Notes under the pieces: generated by a model
The model's database searches: none
Told to the model about the DNA's origin: nothing
What the model saw: only the letters and a program-made list of their open reading frames with translations
Shown: positions 20,531 to 31,627 of the stretch, one piece after another
Position numbering within the stretch: position 1 is the first letter of the stretch
Layout of the letters: the number at the start of each line of letters is the position of its first letter
Made by a program: the position numbers and the translations under genes
Assembly (NCBI GenBank): GCA_977017575.1
Contig: CDRNVI010000063.1
Location: forward strand, 186,001 to 250,000
Length of the DNA stretch: 64,000 nt
Source: Paramoeba atlantica
Lineage: Eukaryota; Protista; Discosea
Reading direction: 5' to 3'

Positions 20531-23500
20531 TTAAATGAGTTCTCCCGACGTTTTGTTGAAAACTTTCATATTTCCTAATGATTCACCAATCTGAATTTTT
20601 GTGAATAATGGAACTTTCAGATGCATTGTTTGTTCCATGCATACCGCAATTTCTGTTGCCATTGTAATAACGAATGGAGACACGACTGATTCAGCCGGAA
20701 ACGAGATCGACGCGACATTTTCTTCCTTTAGAGCCGCTTCCCAAGGATGCGAACTTTCATCTACTGCGCGTGCTTGGAGCTCCACCACACATTCGGATGC
20801 ACCTTGTTCGGGTACTAAAAACACGAGTTCATCATGAATCTGACCTACAACGCGTATGTCCCCCTTACATTTTCTTAAAATGAGCTCGTTTACTCTTACC
20901 ATTGCTGCTTTCACAAGGTCGGCCGCGGAACCCTGAACTACTGTGTTGATGGCTTGACGCTCTGCAGTGGTACGACGCGTGGGATCAGTTGCATTCATAT
21001 CAGGGAGAAGCCGCCATCGATGAAAAAATGTCCGCACGTGTCCCTTTTCCTGGGCGTGCTTCACTATGCGAGTCATGTAATTTGCAACCCCACAAAACAC
21101 GTCTCGGAAACGAGACAAAAACCGAGTGGCATCCTCAAGTTCCATGCCAGTTTGCTTCGAAAAGGCCTGTGGACCCATACCGTATATTATACCGTACGTA
21201 AGACGCTTGCCCACTTGACGCTCCTCCTGTGACACGGATTCTGGAGACTTATGGTAAATCATAGCTGCTATAGCGCAGTGTACATCTCCTCCGGCATGTA
21301 AGACTCCCAAGAGCTTTTCATCGCAACTGAGATGTGCCAGTACGCGAAGTTCGATTTGCTCGTAGTCAATCGTTACATATAGATACCCCCCAGGAGCACG
21401 AAAAGCACGCCGTACCATTTCCATAGAATCCGAAACTCGAGGTAAATTTTGAATATTCGGCTCCGCGCAAGAAATCCTTCCCGTGTCAGTCGCTTCTTGC
21501 AGAAAGTGAGGATGTAAGTAGTGAACAGTACGATCATCACTTTCCTTGTGTGCCACCGTGCACGTTACGAGTCCATCTACATACGTTTGTATAAGCTTTG
21601 CCTTTTTCCGGTATTGAATAATTACCTGTGGGAGCTCGTGAAGCTGTGCAAGTTCTCGAAGATGTTCCTCATTTGTGGAAATTTTTCCTCCTTTCGTAAC
21701 TGCAGCTCCTTCTGAAGGGAGCTTCAACTCATCAAAAAGAATGCGCCGTATCTCATCCGCACTTTGTAAGTTAAACGTTTTTCCTGCTAGAACATAGGCA
21801 CGCTCTTGCAAATGTGTCATATCATGTCTGACTTCGGAGGTGTTGCTGTGTAGATCTTTCACATCCAACATCATACCATTGATATGCATTTCACAACACA
21901 AGAAAGCAATCTTTCGTTCTATTTCGTTGTGAGCGAATAAGAGCCCATTTTCCCGAAGCTTCGCGGATAGTTGGCGGTGAATCTCCAAAGTCTTGACGAG
22001 CTGATCCCTAACGTCAGAAATATTTTCCTGCGAAAGCTTCTTTCGGCGCATGATTTTCTCTGTACTGCGCGCACTGGGTTCTCCTTCAGTCAAACATTGG
22101 ATCGAATGAAGATCTAAACCGGCGTGTTCGGGTCTCCAAAGCCATGCCATAAGTCGAATGTCGTCCACGGTTCGAGGGAAAAAGGTTTCTACATTTTGCA
22201 GATTTTGTCGCAGAAAATTCACCACTGGTGAACCGCTCTGCGTCGAATCTTCCTTCAATCGACGTCGCAAGTCTAGGAGTGGAAGATACACGGCACTGGC
22301 ATGGTAACATACGACTTGGATATTCGGATGACTGCATACTTCCAAGAGAAAATGTAGTATGGAGGCCGCGAATGCTATTTGATCTGATGCAGGTGAAGTG
22401 ATACAGTCACGTATGGGAAGAATGTAACATTTGTTCGAATAGGCCAATAATACGGTTTGCAGACGGTCAAAGGCTTCCCACGGATCAAGACCGTCTCCTA
22501 GGATTCGATCTTTCTTACCGCCATTGTGGTAATTAGATCCGTTGGCACTTAACGTGGCCAATGCTACAGTGCATGAAGTTGCTTCGTGTGCGGAATACGT
22601 TGAATCCTCTTTAAACTCTGTAAGGGGTTCGTTGCCAACTGTCATCTCTATAGTGGAAGGTGGTAAAATGATTCTTCTCAGTTCTTCGAACTCTGTCTTC
22701 GTGAGCTTGACGAGGTCATTGTGAAAGGTATCAGACACTTGGCCCAGTGATTTGTTGCTTGTACTGTTACCCGAAGTAAAATGCGAAACATCTGGGCCTG
22801 TATTCCCTGTGGGCGAACGTTCTTCGTAGGAATTAATGACGTTCAGTCCATTTTCCGTTTTGCGGTTTGTCGTGACGGACGGAGCAGAACTGGTAAGCTG
22901 ACCTTTGAATTCATTTGTAATTCTTTGCGGCAATATGCTTACCGATGAATCTGATTCACGTGCTTCTGTAGATTGAAGAGCCCGGGAAAAAGAATCAGAG
23001 GAATAGTTTTCTGGTTCGCTATCTACTGTTTTTGGGCTTCTAAAATTGGATAATACAGCATCCGATGATAGTGTATCAATGGGTGGTGTAGTATTCGTAG
23101 TTAAAATCAAAGAATCGGATCGCGTTAATTCTGAGACACGAGTCGCAATGTCTCCAGCCAAAAACACCCTTGAGCCAGAATTAATATTTTGTGGCGCCGT
23201 TTCTCTTGTATTCGTGGGAGGCTGGGGTACCCCGCGGGCTCGCTTGAAAGAAGAAGTGTTGTTCCCTTCCCGAGGCGACGCTCTGTTTTTCTTGTCCATG
23301 ATTGCATGCTTTTGTCGCAAGGCTTGGTTCCTGGCCGCGGTCGATGCGGCAATCGCCTCCTTGGTGTCTTCCACATGCTGTCGTAGTAAACTCTCTTCGG
23401 CTCGCTGCAAGCGATCAAGAATTGTTTCTTCTGTGTCTGTTTCCATTTTTAATGCGTCTTCGGTGGTTAGGTTTCGGACGGAGCTGAAATTATATTCACG

Positions 23501-23650
23501 TCTTGGCCCATGCATGGCAAGGTCCAAGGTACGCGCTTGGATAGGGTCTTGTCGCGTCAAATTCAATGCTTCTGTCACAGTTTGCTTTGCTATCAGTTCG
23601 GACACAGTTGGAATACCTGCATAGGGGTGAAAATGGCCTTCAGAATTCAT
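20531..23650 (-). CDS. Family A DNA polymerase, Pol theta/nu-like polymerase module without a helicase domain (PolIE-like)
   Basis: TDTGRISCAEPNIQNLP, motif A IDYEQIELR, motif B RQVGKRLTYGIIYG, QGSAADLVK, motif C QIHDEL. Confidence 0.92.
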   Translation of the reverse strand: MNSEGHFHPYAGIPTVSELIAKQTVTEALNLTRQDPIQARTLDLAMHGPRREYNFSSVRNLTTEDALKMETDTEETILDRLQRAEESLLRQHVEDTKEAIAASTAARNQALRQKHAIMDKKNRASPREGNNTSSFKRARGVPQPPTNTRETAPQNINSGSRVFLAGDIATRVSELTRSDSLILTTNTTPPIDTLSSDAVLSNFRSPKTVDSEPENYSSDSFSRALQSTEARESDSSVSILPQRITNEFKGQLTSSAPSVTTNRKTENGLNVINSYEERSPTGNTGPDVSHFTSGNSTSNKSLGQVSDTFHNDLVKLTKTEFEELRRIILPPSTIEMTVGNEPLTEFKEDSTYSAHEATSCTVALATLSANGSNYHNGGKKDRILGDGLDPWEAFDRLQTVLLAYSNKCYILPIRDCITSPASDQIAFAASILHFLLEVCSHPNIQVVCYHASAVYLPLLDLRRRLKEDSTQSGSPVVNFLRQNLQNVETFFPRTVDDIRLMAWLWRPEHAGLDLHSIQCLTEGEPSARSTEKIMRRKKLSQENISDVRDQLVKTLEIHRQLSAKLRENGLLFAHNEIERKIAFLCCEMHINGMMLDVKDLHSNTSEVRHDMTHLQERAYVLAGKTFNLQSADEIRRILFDELKLPSEGAAVTKGGKISTNEEHLRELAQLHELPQVIIQYRKKAKLIQTYVDGLVTCTVAHKESDDRTVHYLHPHFLQEATDTGRISCAEPNIQNLPRVSDSMEMVRRAFRAPGGYLYVTIDYEQIELRVLAHLSCDEKLLGVLHAGGDVHCAIAAMIYHKSPESVSQEERQVGKRLTYGIIYGMGPQAFSKQTGMELEDATRFLSRFRDVFCGVANYMTRIVKHAQEKGHVRTFFHRWRLLPDMNATDPTRRTTAERQAINTVVQGSAADLVKAAMVRVNELILRKCKGDIRVVGQIHDELVFLVPEQGASECVVELQARAVDESSHPWEAALKEENVASISFPAESVVSPFVITMATEIAVCMEQTMHLKVPLFTKIQIGESLGNMKVFNKTSGELI

Positions 23651-23937
23651 GAGCTACAGAATAACAACTGAGAAATAAGGATAGTATTGCGGGTATTAAT
23701 GTACTTTTTAACGGCTATTATTGTATTTTTTTAGAACCTATACAATAGGTTCCAGGGTATAACCCTATAGTATAGGGTTTTTCACTACACGTTTCGCTAC
23801 AACTTGCCCGTAAGATAAAAGATAACTTTTACATGTAGCGTAACTTTGTCAAAGCACAGCCCAAAGAGATTGTCGCACAGTACATGTATTTGGTCTTGAC
23901 GCTTTCTGTGCCTACAGGAACTCCACAGTATCCCCAA

Positions 23938-24564
23938 CTAGTCTAAGAATACGTTATCTGGTAATATACAACGGGGCTTCACACATGTCCCTTTCAAATG
24001 TACTGCCTTTAGACTTTGCGGTAGGTTTCTTAAATCCACACTCCCCGCAAAGTCATTGCTACTCAGATCTATGTACTCGATGTGCTCGGGAAGCGAGTCG
24101 AAGTACACCGTTCCGAAAAATTCATTCTCTGCCAAATCCAACGTCACCAAGGCGGGAGGCAACGCCTTCCACGCCACCTGGCTACTAAAATCATTTTCGC
24201 GCAAATTTAGATAGGCCAGACCGCGAGGTAGGTGCTCGAACGGTACCTCCCCTGTGAGCTCATTAGGTTTGTCCTCGCGCGAGGCTAGGTTGATTTCCAT
24301 CACTGTGAAAGGGAGCCAATCCCACTCCAGGGGTCCCGCAAGGCCAAGCCCAACCCAGTGCAGCACTGTCACCACCCCCGGGGCACTGCAGTAGACTCCC
24401 TTCCATGAGCACCCGGAAGTTTGCTCGGACCAGTCAGGGTGGGTGGTACTGAGCGAGGCGGTGAATTTCGCCAGGGCGTACTCGAAGGGGAGGGACGCCT
24501 TGCTGACACGTCCGCGGCGCACGGATGAGCCGGAGGCATCGGACTGGGAGAATCGTAGAAGCAT
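23938..24564 (-). CDS. Short leucine-rich repeat protein
   Basis: GCSWKGVYC cap and LP-x-x-L LRR units, as at 2361 and 62195. Confidence 0.85.
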   Translation of the reverse strand: MLLRFSQSDASGSSVRRGRVSKASLPFEYALAKFTASLSTTHPDWSEQTSGCSWKGVYCSAPGVVTVLHWVGLGLAGPLEWDWLPFTVMEINLASREDKPNELTGEVPFEHLPRGLAYLNLRENDFSSQVAWKALPPALVTLDLAENEFFGTVYFDSLPEHIEYIDLSSNDFAGSVDLRNLPQSLKAVHLKGTCVKPRCILPDNVFLD

Positions 24565-24870
24565 GGGGGAAAAGGGGAAGGGGTGGGGCGGAGGGAAGAG
24601 GTAAAATAATCTAGTAGTTCAAGAATATCGAGGTTGATATTGGTGAAAGTAAATCCTACTTCGATTCTAAAATGCTATACACAACAAAATCTTAAATAGA
24701 AATTTACACTTTAAGTCTTGAAGTTTACTAAATTTTATGCCAGTTGTAAATTATTGCTTGCGCCTTTTCATAGTAAATGAAATGAACTTTACGCTCCTTC
24801 TTTGAGTCACATCTTACCAATTTTATTCTTTTACCACAATATCTTTCCTTCACTTCACCTTTCCCCCCAC

Positions 24871-25674
24871 TTAGGCGCGGACCAACGACCGGCTGGCCAA
24901 AAAGTCAGTGTACTCCTGGTACGGATCCTTCTGGTTCACCGTCTTCGGCCACAGATCCGGGGTTAGGAACCCGTACGTCTTCGTCAGTGCCTCGAACGTG
25001 GCCATGGCAAAGTTCCCCGTGGTCTTCGTCTTGCCCTCCGTCGAGGTGTACACATCCTGGATCCCCGCCAGCGTGAGAATCTTTTTCGAGACCGGTGGGG
25101 CGACGATTCCTGTCCCACGAGGGGCAGGAGTCAGCCGGACCCGCACGGAGCCACACTTCCCGGTCGCCTTGGTCGCAATCGTGTGCGGCTCCCCGAGCTT
25201 TGCTCCCCAGTACCCCCGGCGAACGGGGACCATGGCGAGTTTCGCATTGTTCGTTGCGGCACTGATCGCGATTCCTGTCTCCTTGGAGCACTTAGAGCCC
25301 AGCCCTACATGGCCGTTCTCATCTCCAACCACGACGTAGGCCTTGAAACGGTTACGCTGACCCGCACTGGTCGCTTTCTGCACGGGAAACATCGCAAGTA
25401 GCTCGTCTTTAAGGCTGGGAAAGAACCGATCCACAATCTCAGGCTCCTTGATGGGCAGCGAGTAGAGGTAGATCTCCTCAGGTTTTTGGATTTTGCCCTC
25501 CTGGACGAGTTTTCCGAGTTTCGTGGAGGGGCTCCAGCGCTCACCTCCGCCGCCACCTCCACGGCCACCTCGGGACATCCCCCCGCCCCGGCCCCCGGGA
25601 GCTCCACGACCGCCACGACCTCCGGGACCCCCACGGCCTCCTCTACCAGAGGATACCCCACCGCGATTCTCCAT
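24871..25674 (-). CDS. RPS2: 40S ribosomal protein S2 (uS5)
   Basis: RGG-rich N-terminus, [32 protein letters not shown]. Confidence 0.98.
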   Translation of the reverse strand: MENRGGVSSGRGGRGGPGGRGGRGAPGGRGGGMSRGGRGGGGGGERWSPSTKLGKLVQEGKIQKPEEIYLYSLPIKEPEIVDRFFPSLKDELLAMFPVQKATSAGQRNRFKAYVVVGDENGHVGLGSKCSKETGIAISAATNNAKLAMVPVRRGYWGAKLGEPHTIATKATGKCGSVRVRLTPAPRGTGIVAPPVSKKILTLAGIQDVYTSTEGKTKTTGNFAMATFEALTKTYGFLTPDLWPKTVNQKDPYQEYTDFLASRSLVRA

Positions 25675-26420
25675 GTTGGGTAGAATAGGTAGTGAGTGCG
25701 TAGAAATGCTAAGTCGTTTAAAAAGGTTGTGATAATAATAGAAAAGGTTTGTAATTTGTTTTTATAAGATTTGTGAAACGTAAAAATCGGACTTTGTTAT
25801 ATAACGTTTGCTCAAGGAGGGTAGGTAAATGTAGGTTGATTGATGGTTGATGTTCATGCGCTCGTTGGCGCAGAGATACAGCCCTTGATGCGACAGCCGA
25901 TATCATCGGCACAATCCGTATTGACGGATGTCGCACCAAGGGGGTTTAGCTCGGACTCTAAATAAGTAAGAGACTCTAAGTAAGAAGAGCTAGGAGTTTG
26001 TACAATGGATAGATTGATTGTGCCTAAAACAAAGAACAATGCTATTTTAGAATACATAAAAAGATATTTCACTAAACTATGCAGAAATTTATTAAGGGAT
26101 TGCGGTGAAAAACTCCTACTGAAACTATTCCAGTTAAGGAACCTACTGCTCTCTCATTTCTCAGTTAGAAATTATCAAGTCATGTGACTCAGTGAGACCA
26201 TAGCTAGGGGTCTCTATAGGACTAAATCTGACTAAAAGACAAATAATATGACGACAGACATCTTATAGATTAACGGAAAATGGTTAATGTACCTAATTTT
26301 ATGTACATTTCTATCTACGAAAAATGCATATCTCTACGAATATGCGCATGGCAAAACTGGACCTGAGTCCACATCAGTTGAAGTGCCGCGATTTCTACTC
26401 ATTTTACTACAACATACTTT

Positions 26421-28070
26421 TCATTTCAAAGGCCCTTTTTTTAAAAGAAAACAGATAGCGTGTTCAAACCGCACATAAAAGCTGTGCAGTGAGAATTGGG
26501 TTTTTGCTCTCATAGCGGCATGGTGCGTCATTACTCGTGTCCGGTGTGGGTCCTCCAGCAAGCCTGACACCGCAAAGGCAAACGCTTCTGGGTCGGGCGA
26601 GGTCAGAATCCCGCACTCACCTGATTGCCCAATCGACTCTTTCGGCCCTCCATTGTCGACGGCTACGACTGGCTTTCCCACTGTCATCGCCTCTAACGGG
26701 GCAATGCCAAAGTGCTCACTGACAGGAGTGTACAAGAACACTGAACAGTGCTGAAGTAACTCGAGCTTTTGCGATTCAGAAACCGAAGTAAGAAAATGTA
26801 CTCGATCGGGGAGATCGAGAGTTGATGCCAATTGTTTCAGTTCCGATAGACAATTGCGGTGGTGTCGTAGACGGACGTCATAACCACCGGCGAGCACAAG
26901 GGACATATTTCCATAGGACTCCTTCATGCCGTGAAGATGCCGAAGTGTCTCAATCGCAAGAGAGAGATTCTTTTGCGGATCAAAGCGGTTAAGAGAGAGA
27001 AGAAAAGGCTTCTTGATCTCCTCGCCATTCGCATTTTTGAGATGTAAAGACGTTAGGCCGCTACCATACTCTTCACGTACGTTGGCGAAACATGAAAAGA
27101 AACTCCGTGGACGAATACGAGAAACGGCACATGACTTTTGTGATTGGAGACGCTCGGGTATTATGGGTGGGTAGACTATGTCGGAGGCGTGTGATGGTGC
27201 GAATATTTTGGTGTCAGATTCTTTAATGTAGTTATCCAGTACTTTGTTTTGCTTTTCAAGTTTGTAACGCAGAGAGGGGAAAGTCTTCAAAGTAGCATAT
27301 CTCGTGAAATCACTGTTGAAGAGTATTAAATCTGCCCACCAAAGACTATATTCTTCTATTTTGTCGAACAGGAGACGATATGGACACTTCAGGCACTTAA
27401 AAAGGAGGCCACGATTGGTGACACCAGTAGAACCCATAGAGCATTTAGAAGGATCACATAACTTGTCAGGGAAGTGACAATAGAAAAGGATTGGAGTTCT
27501 AAACCTCGTCAGAATTTTCAAAAGAAGAATAGGCGTGCTGAGCTGATCAACGACGATGAGATCTGCGCGAGGAGAAAAAAGGCCAACATAAAGAGAGGCG
27601 TACATCAACCGTACTGTTGCGCAAAAAACGTGAGCAATACCAAATAAATTGCGAGGCAATAAAGACCCCACGACTCGAACTTCTACCTTATTGTTTGCGA
27701 TTGCACTCTCCAAGGTTGAGTTATCACTGTCCTTTTCTAAAGGATCATCTTTTGGCTCTTTCAAAGAGAGCGATGCGTTGCTATCCTTCAGTGTAGTCTC
27801 CGGGAAACACCGGTCACGTGCGTAATGAGTAGTATAAATAACCACGTTGTGTTTACCGTAGCATTGCAATCCCAATGCGGCGTCTACAACTAAACGCTCT
27901 GCACCACCCAAGCCTAAATCAGGATGAAGAAACGTAACGGAGAGCGGAAACTTCTCTGTGGAATAAGTCTTGCATCTTCGCAGATGGCGCAGATACCAGT
28001 AGTATACCAGAGACACGAGGAACACAAGAAAGCCCAGTCCCCATTGCAGAGAGACATTGCAGAACACCAT
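26421..28070 (-). CDS. ALG2: Alpha-1,3/1,6-mannosyltransferase ALG2
   Basis: FLHPDLGLGGAERLVVDAA, FYCHFPD, SLNRF, YTPVSEHFGIAPLEAM, N-terminal TM segment. Confidence 0.96.
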   Translation of the reverse strand: MVFCNVSLQWGLGFLVFLVSLVYYWYLRHLRRCKTYSTEKFPLSVTFLHPDLGLGGAERLVVDAALGLQCYGKHNVVIYTTHYARDRCFPETTLKDSNASLSLKEPKDDPLEKDSDNSTLESAIANNKVEVRVVGSLLPRNLFGIAHVFCATVRLMYASLYVGLFSPRADLIVVDQLSTPILLLKILTRFRTPILFYCHFPDKLCDPSKCSMGSTGVTNRGLLFKCLKCPYRLLFDKIEEYSLWWADLILFNSDFTRYATLKTFPSLRYKLEKQNKVLDNYIKESDTKIFAPSHASDIVYPPIIPERLQSQKSCAVSRIRPRSFFSCFANVREEYGSGLTSLHLKNANGEEIKKPFLLSLNRFDPQKNLSLAIETLRHLHGMKESYGNMSLVLAGGYDVRLRHHRNCLSELKQLASTLDLPDRVHFLTSVSESQKLELLQHCSVFLYTPVSEHFGIAPLEAMTVGKPVVAVDNGGPKESIGQSGECGILTSPDPEAFAFAVSGLLEDPHRTRVMTHHAAMRAKTQFSLHSFYVRFEHAICFLLKKGPLK

Positions 28071-28282
28071 TTCGGAAAGGGAGCTAAATAAAAGTACTGC
28101 TTGATTACTAGAAGATTACTAAAACTTACTAAAATATTTGTACGAATACATACATATGGAAACTTTGTAGACTTTCAAAAGTAATTGAAAGTGTTCAATT
28201 ATTAGATTAGAAATATTAATAGTCATCAATAAAAATCGCAATGGAAGAAGCCCAATTATGCAAGAAGTTATCCGCCACAACG

Positions 28283-29446
28283 CTATGCTATTAAGTCGGG
28301 AATGCGGTGCTGCATACCGTGTGCTACACACTCTAGTACCCACTGAAGATTGCCAAGCTCCATCTCCTTTAGACGGAGGTAGCTGTAGAAACTGCCATAA
28401 TGGAATTGTCTGGCGAAGCTACGGTGGTGTAGTGCCGCGAGTTGTACCCGGAGCTGTTGTTCCACCCGTGCTTGGAGACTGGTCGCGGACAAGGGGGAGA
28501 GCCCAAAATCGTTTTGGCTTTTGCCGTCCCTTGGCCTGCGAGAAAACTCGGCCAGGTCTGTATTCCCCAGCAATACGGCATACTCGGGAAATGGCTGCAA
28601 CACGTTCCGAAGTTCCCCCTCCGTACGTACACTGGCAATGCTCTCATGCAACGGGAGCAAGTGCCCCAGACAAGGAAACAGCTTGCGACGTTCCTCCGCA
28701 GGAAGCGCACTAGGGTGTGCCATGGCAGAAAGTGTCAACAAGATCACATTCTGGTCGGCTTCGAAGAAGAGAATTTCTTCCATCACCTCCGCTGTGGCGC
28801 CTCCTTGAGTCGCACAGTACGTCGCGAACTGCTCCGTCCAGCTACGCAACAGGGCGTAGTACAAATACTCAACAGAGCACTCGCGTAGGTCATGCACCGT
28901 GGTGTCGTGAAAGAACCGCCCGACGGGGGAATCACGGAGAACAATTTCAAACATCTCTTCCAGCGTCAGAGTTTCACTCTCAGTAAGTAGCGAGAGCCCC
29001 GGGAAGCGTCCCAAGGGGTGACACTGCTGCAGCAATTCCTGACGCGCAGTGGTAGTTTTCTCCGCGCCCCCGGTGTTGCGACCGTGAAGAAGGACTTTTA
29101 AAAGGTTGCGGAGCATGTAGTGGGCCGAGACAAAGTCCAAAAAGGCCCGCAGTTCCGGGCATGCCTCCTCGTAGATCGCGAGAAACTCATTGGTGAAGGC
29201 TTGCTCGAGTCCCTGATGAAGGATACGAGCGCTATTTTGGATCTCATCCTTCGCACCTGGCGGTGAGGATACTACGTCTTTAAATGCCGTTTGTGCACTG
29301 AGATACTGTTTGACATCGGAAACTGATTCGCACTGGGCTAGTGTGTGATAATCCGTGGATTTTAACAAGCTCGCGTATAGTCCGTGAAGATAAGCCTCTA
29401 TCGCTCCACTTTGAATGTTGTGTGTAAGAAGACCCGGCGAACTCAT
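28283..29446 (-). CDS. ATP6V0D: V-type ATPase V0 subunit d
   Basis: EAYLHGLYASLL..TDYHTLAQCE, CHPLGRF, ILFFEAD, QFHYGSFYSYLRLKEME. Confidence 0.93.
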   Translation of the reverse strand: MSSPGLLTHNIQSGAIEAYLHGLYASLLKSTDYHTLAQCESVSDVKQYLSAQTAFKDVVSSPPGAKDEIQNSARILHQGLEQAFTNEFLAIYEEACPELRAFLDFVSAHYMLRNLLKVLLHGRNTGGAEKTTTARQELLQQCHPLGRFPGLSLLTESETLTLEEMFEIVLRDSPVGRFFHDTTVHDLRECSVEYLYYALLRSWTEQFATYCATQGGATAEVMEEILFFEADQNVILLTLSAMAHPSALPAEERRKLFPCLGHLLPLHESIASVRTEGELRNVLQPFPEYAVLLGNTDLAEFSRRPRDGKSQNDFGLSPLSATSLQARVEQQLRVQLAALHHRSFARQFHYGSFYSYLRLKEMELGNLQWVLECVAHGMQHRIPDLIA

Positions 29447-30229
29447 AAGTACCAGTAAAGTTTCTTAGCAAAATACATAAAACAATTACCGTGGTTTTTT
29501 GACATGATTGGTTATGTACTGTATGAAACGTTGCATTATAAATTACATATACATGTATGAAGCATACGTATACTGTAGCAATGTACTTTATTCAGAACTC
29601 AATGAAGTGACCCAAAGTGTAATCCCTGAGGCTACTATTCACCCCTTTACCAATATTCACGTCCCCGTAACGTTAAGGCCTGTACTATCTGCTCGTCCCC
29701 CTTCTGAATAATGAGTCCAGAATCGTTTAAATTAAATGATTTAATTTATGAACTATTAAATTAAACTATTAAATTACTGTGACCCCCCCTTTATACTTCG
29801 CTGGTCAGACCCCCCCTTTATAATTCGTTTTCCGCGTGCCCGTTACACGGTTTAGTGCGGAAGTATATTGTGGACAGCTACCGAACCATAGTTAATACGG
29901 ATGAGTGGCGTGGGTGTGAAGGACTGAGTGCGTTTCGTAATCATCGAACAGTCAATCACAGTAAAAGGTGAAAGAAGCGATTTGTTACAGAAGACGGTGT
30001 GCACACCAACAATGCTGAATCATGAAAGACTGCTGAATCATGAAAAACAATGCTAAATCAAGATGACACGTGAAACATGATACAACAATGCATGTCGTAA
30101 AGCGGAAGCGAGTATACAAGATGAAATCAATATATTTCGTAAAAAAGTGGTCCAAATAATAATTTTGAAAGTGGGTACAATATTATATTGTACCCACTTT
30201 CAAAAATATTTTTTTCAAAAACTTATATA

Positions 30230-30323
30230 CTGTGCCCCCCACTTATTTGTCACCCCTTTTTCGAAAAAAGGACAAATAAGTAGGGGGGGTGGAGCTATGA
30301 CAATTAAGTGGGGGGGATTACAG
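30230..30323. mobile_element. Minimal family-B MITE of about 95 bp
   Basis: TA|CTGTGCCCCCCACTTATTTGTC ... GACAATTAAGTGGGGGGGATTACAG. Confidence 0.7.
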
Positions 30324-30534
30324 TTCGTGCATACTTCAAAAATATCTGCTTACGAATGTTCTTAGGTCAGCGTTAGTACCATCAGTAAGATAGCAGTGCC
30401 AGGGAAGACCACGAGGAGGTCCCGACCTTACTTCCCCGTTTTGGGTTGCGCCCAGAAGCAAGACCACTTTAATTTTGCAATAGTCAAAACTTTGCGATAG
30501 AGAAAAAAGGTTATGGTAGTGGTATCATACATGA

Positions 30535-30604
30535 AGCGAGTACGGTACTCGTGTACTCACCCGAGTAAGTACAGCGTGTAATCACTCGGAGTACCGTACT
30601 CGCT
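30535..30604. repeat. Perfect 16-bp inverted repeat inside a cluster of GTACTC/GAGTAC motifs
   Basis: AGCGAGTACGGTACTC at 30535-30550 and GAGTACCGTACTCGCT at 30589-30604. Confidence 0.85.
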
Positions 30605-31416
30605 GTACTCGCTTCCAGCAGGTATGTACTCGCTATACAAGTGAGTTTGGAACAAGTGACGTTATGTTAAGAAATTTCTGGTCGAGCAATTTCTGGTCGA
30701 GGAGGATGTGGGATGTGATAAGGGATGGAATGCGGGGTGTAAATGCGTTTGCAGTACAATCTTGCCGACGCAATCTTGTTACTAATTACAGTAAAGTATT
30801 GTTGACTAATTTGACTCAGACGAGACGTAGTGCCTTCTTATTCATTTCCGAAACGGTGTAACTAGAAACTAAATAGAAACTAAAGCATATGGTAAAAAAC
30901 ACTAAGCAAATTATTGTTTCCATATCATATGACATGCGATAAATTTAGTTTGGTAAATTTGAAATACCTAGCGAGGGTTTGCGAGTCACTAAGTAAAACC
31001 ACAGAATACTTAGATACGACGATTTTCGAGAGTTGATGTAGTGATGGTTTCGTTTTTCATATTGACACAATTTGAGAGAGCGCCGACTCGTGGGGCAGGG
31101 GGGCGTATGGTCACCCAAGCATCAAGGCGACGAGGACGACACGGCAGGGTTGAGGGGGGTTGTGGGGGAGAACCGTTGGGAGGATGAGGCATAGTTGAGG
31201 AGAGTTGTGGGGGAGAACCGTTGGGAGAATGTTGTTCTAAAATTGTTGAAAAACGTATTCAGTTACTATGTTATGAGGTGAAAGACTTAGAGTAGTAAAT
31301 ACAAACGGATATTAAACTTTGATGGTTTGGACTTCTTCACCAGTCAAGTAAAACATTAGAGTATAACATGAGGAAGAAAGACTAGCCTGTCCTGCTCCAT
31401 CAAAAAAAAAAAATTC

Positions 31417-31512
31417 GGCGCCGCTTCGCGGCGCCCGATCCACTAGGCTTCGTCGAAAAGGACGAATAAGTGGGGGGGATGGAGCTGTGACAAATAAGTG
31501 GGGGGGGCATTA
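31417..31512 (+). mobile_element. Family-B right end: hairpin followed by a TIR
   Basis: GGCGCCGCTTCGCGGCGCC, then GACAAATAAGTGGGGGGGG. Confidence 0.6.
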
Positions 31513-31627
31513 AGTTGTCTGCACCCAAAAATTAATATCAGTGTGAAGAGTTGATGCTGATAGGAGTTGGGGCGTAACCCCAAATTCGGTAAACTGGTAC
31601 CTTCGGGAAGTCTATTGACGATGAAAT

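Noticed and set aside
30361-30405. ingi/L1Tc 79-bp signature (GTGCCAGGG)
   Set aside because: Only a 9-nt match; the P1 partner CCCTGG is missing.
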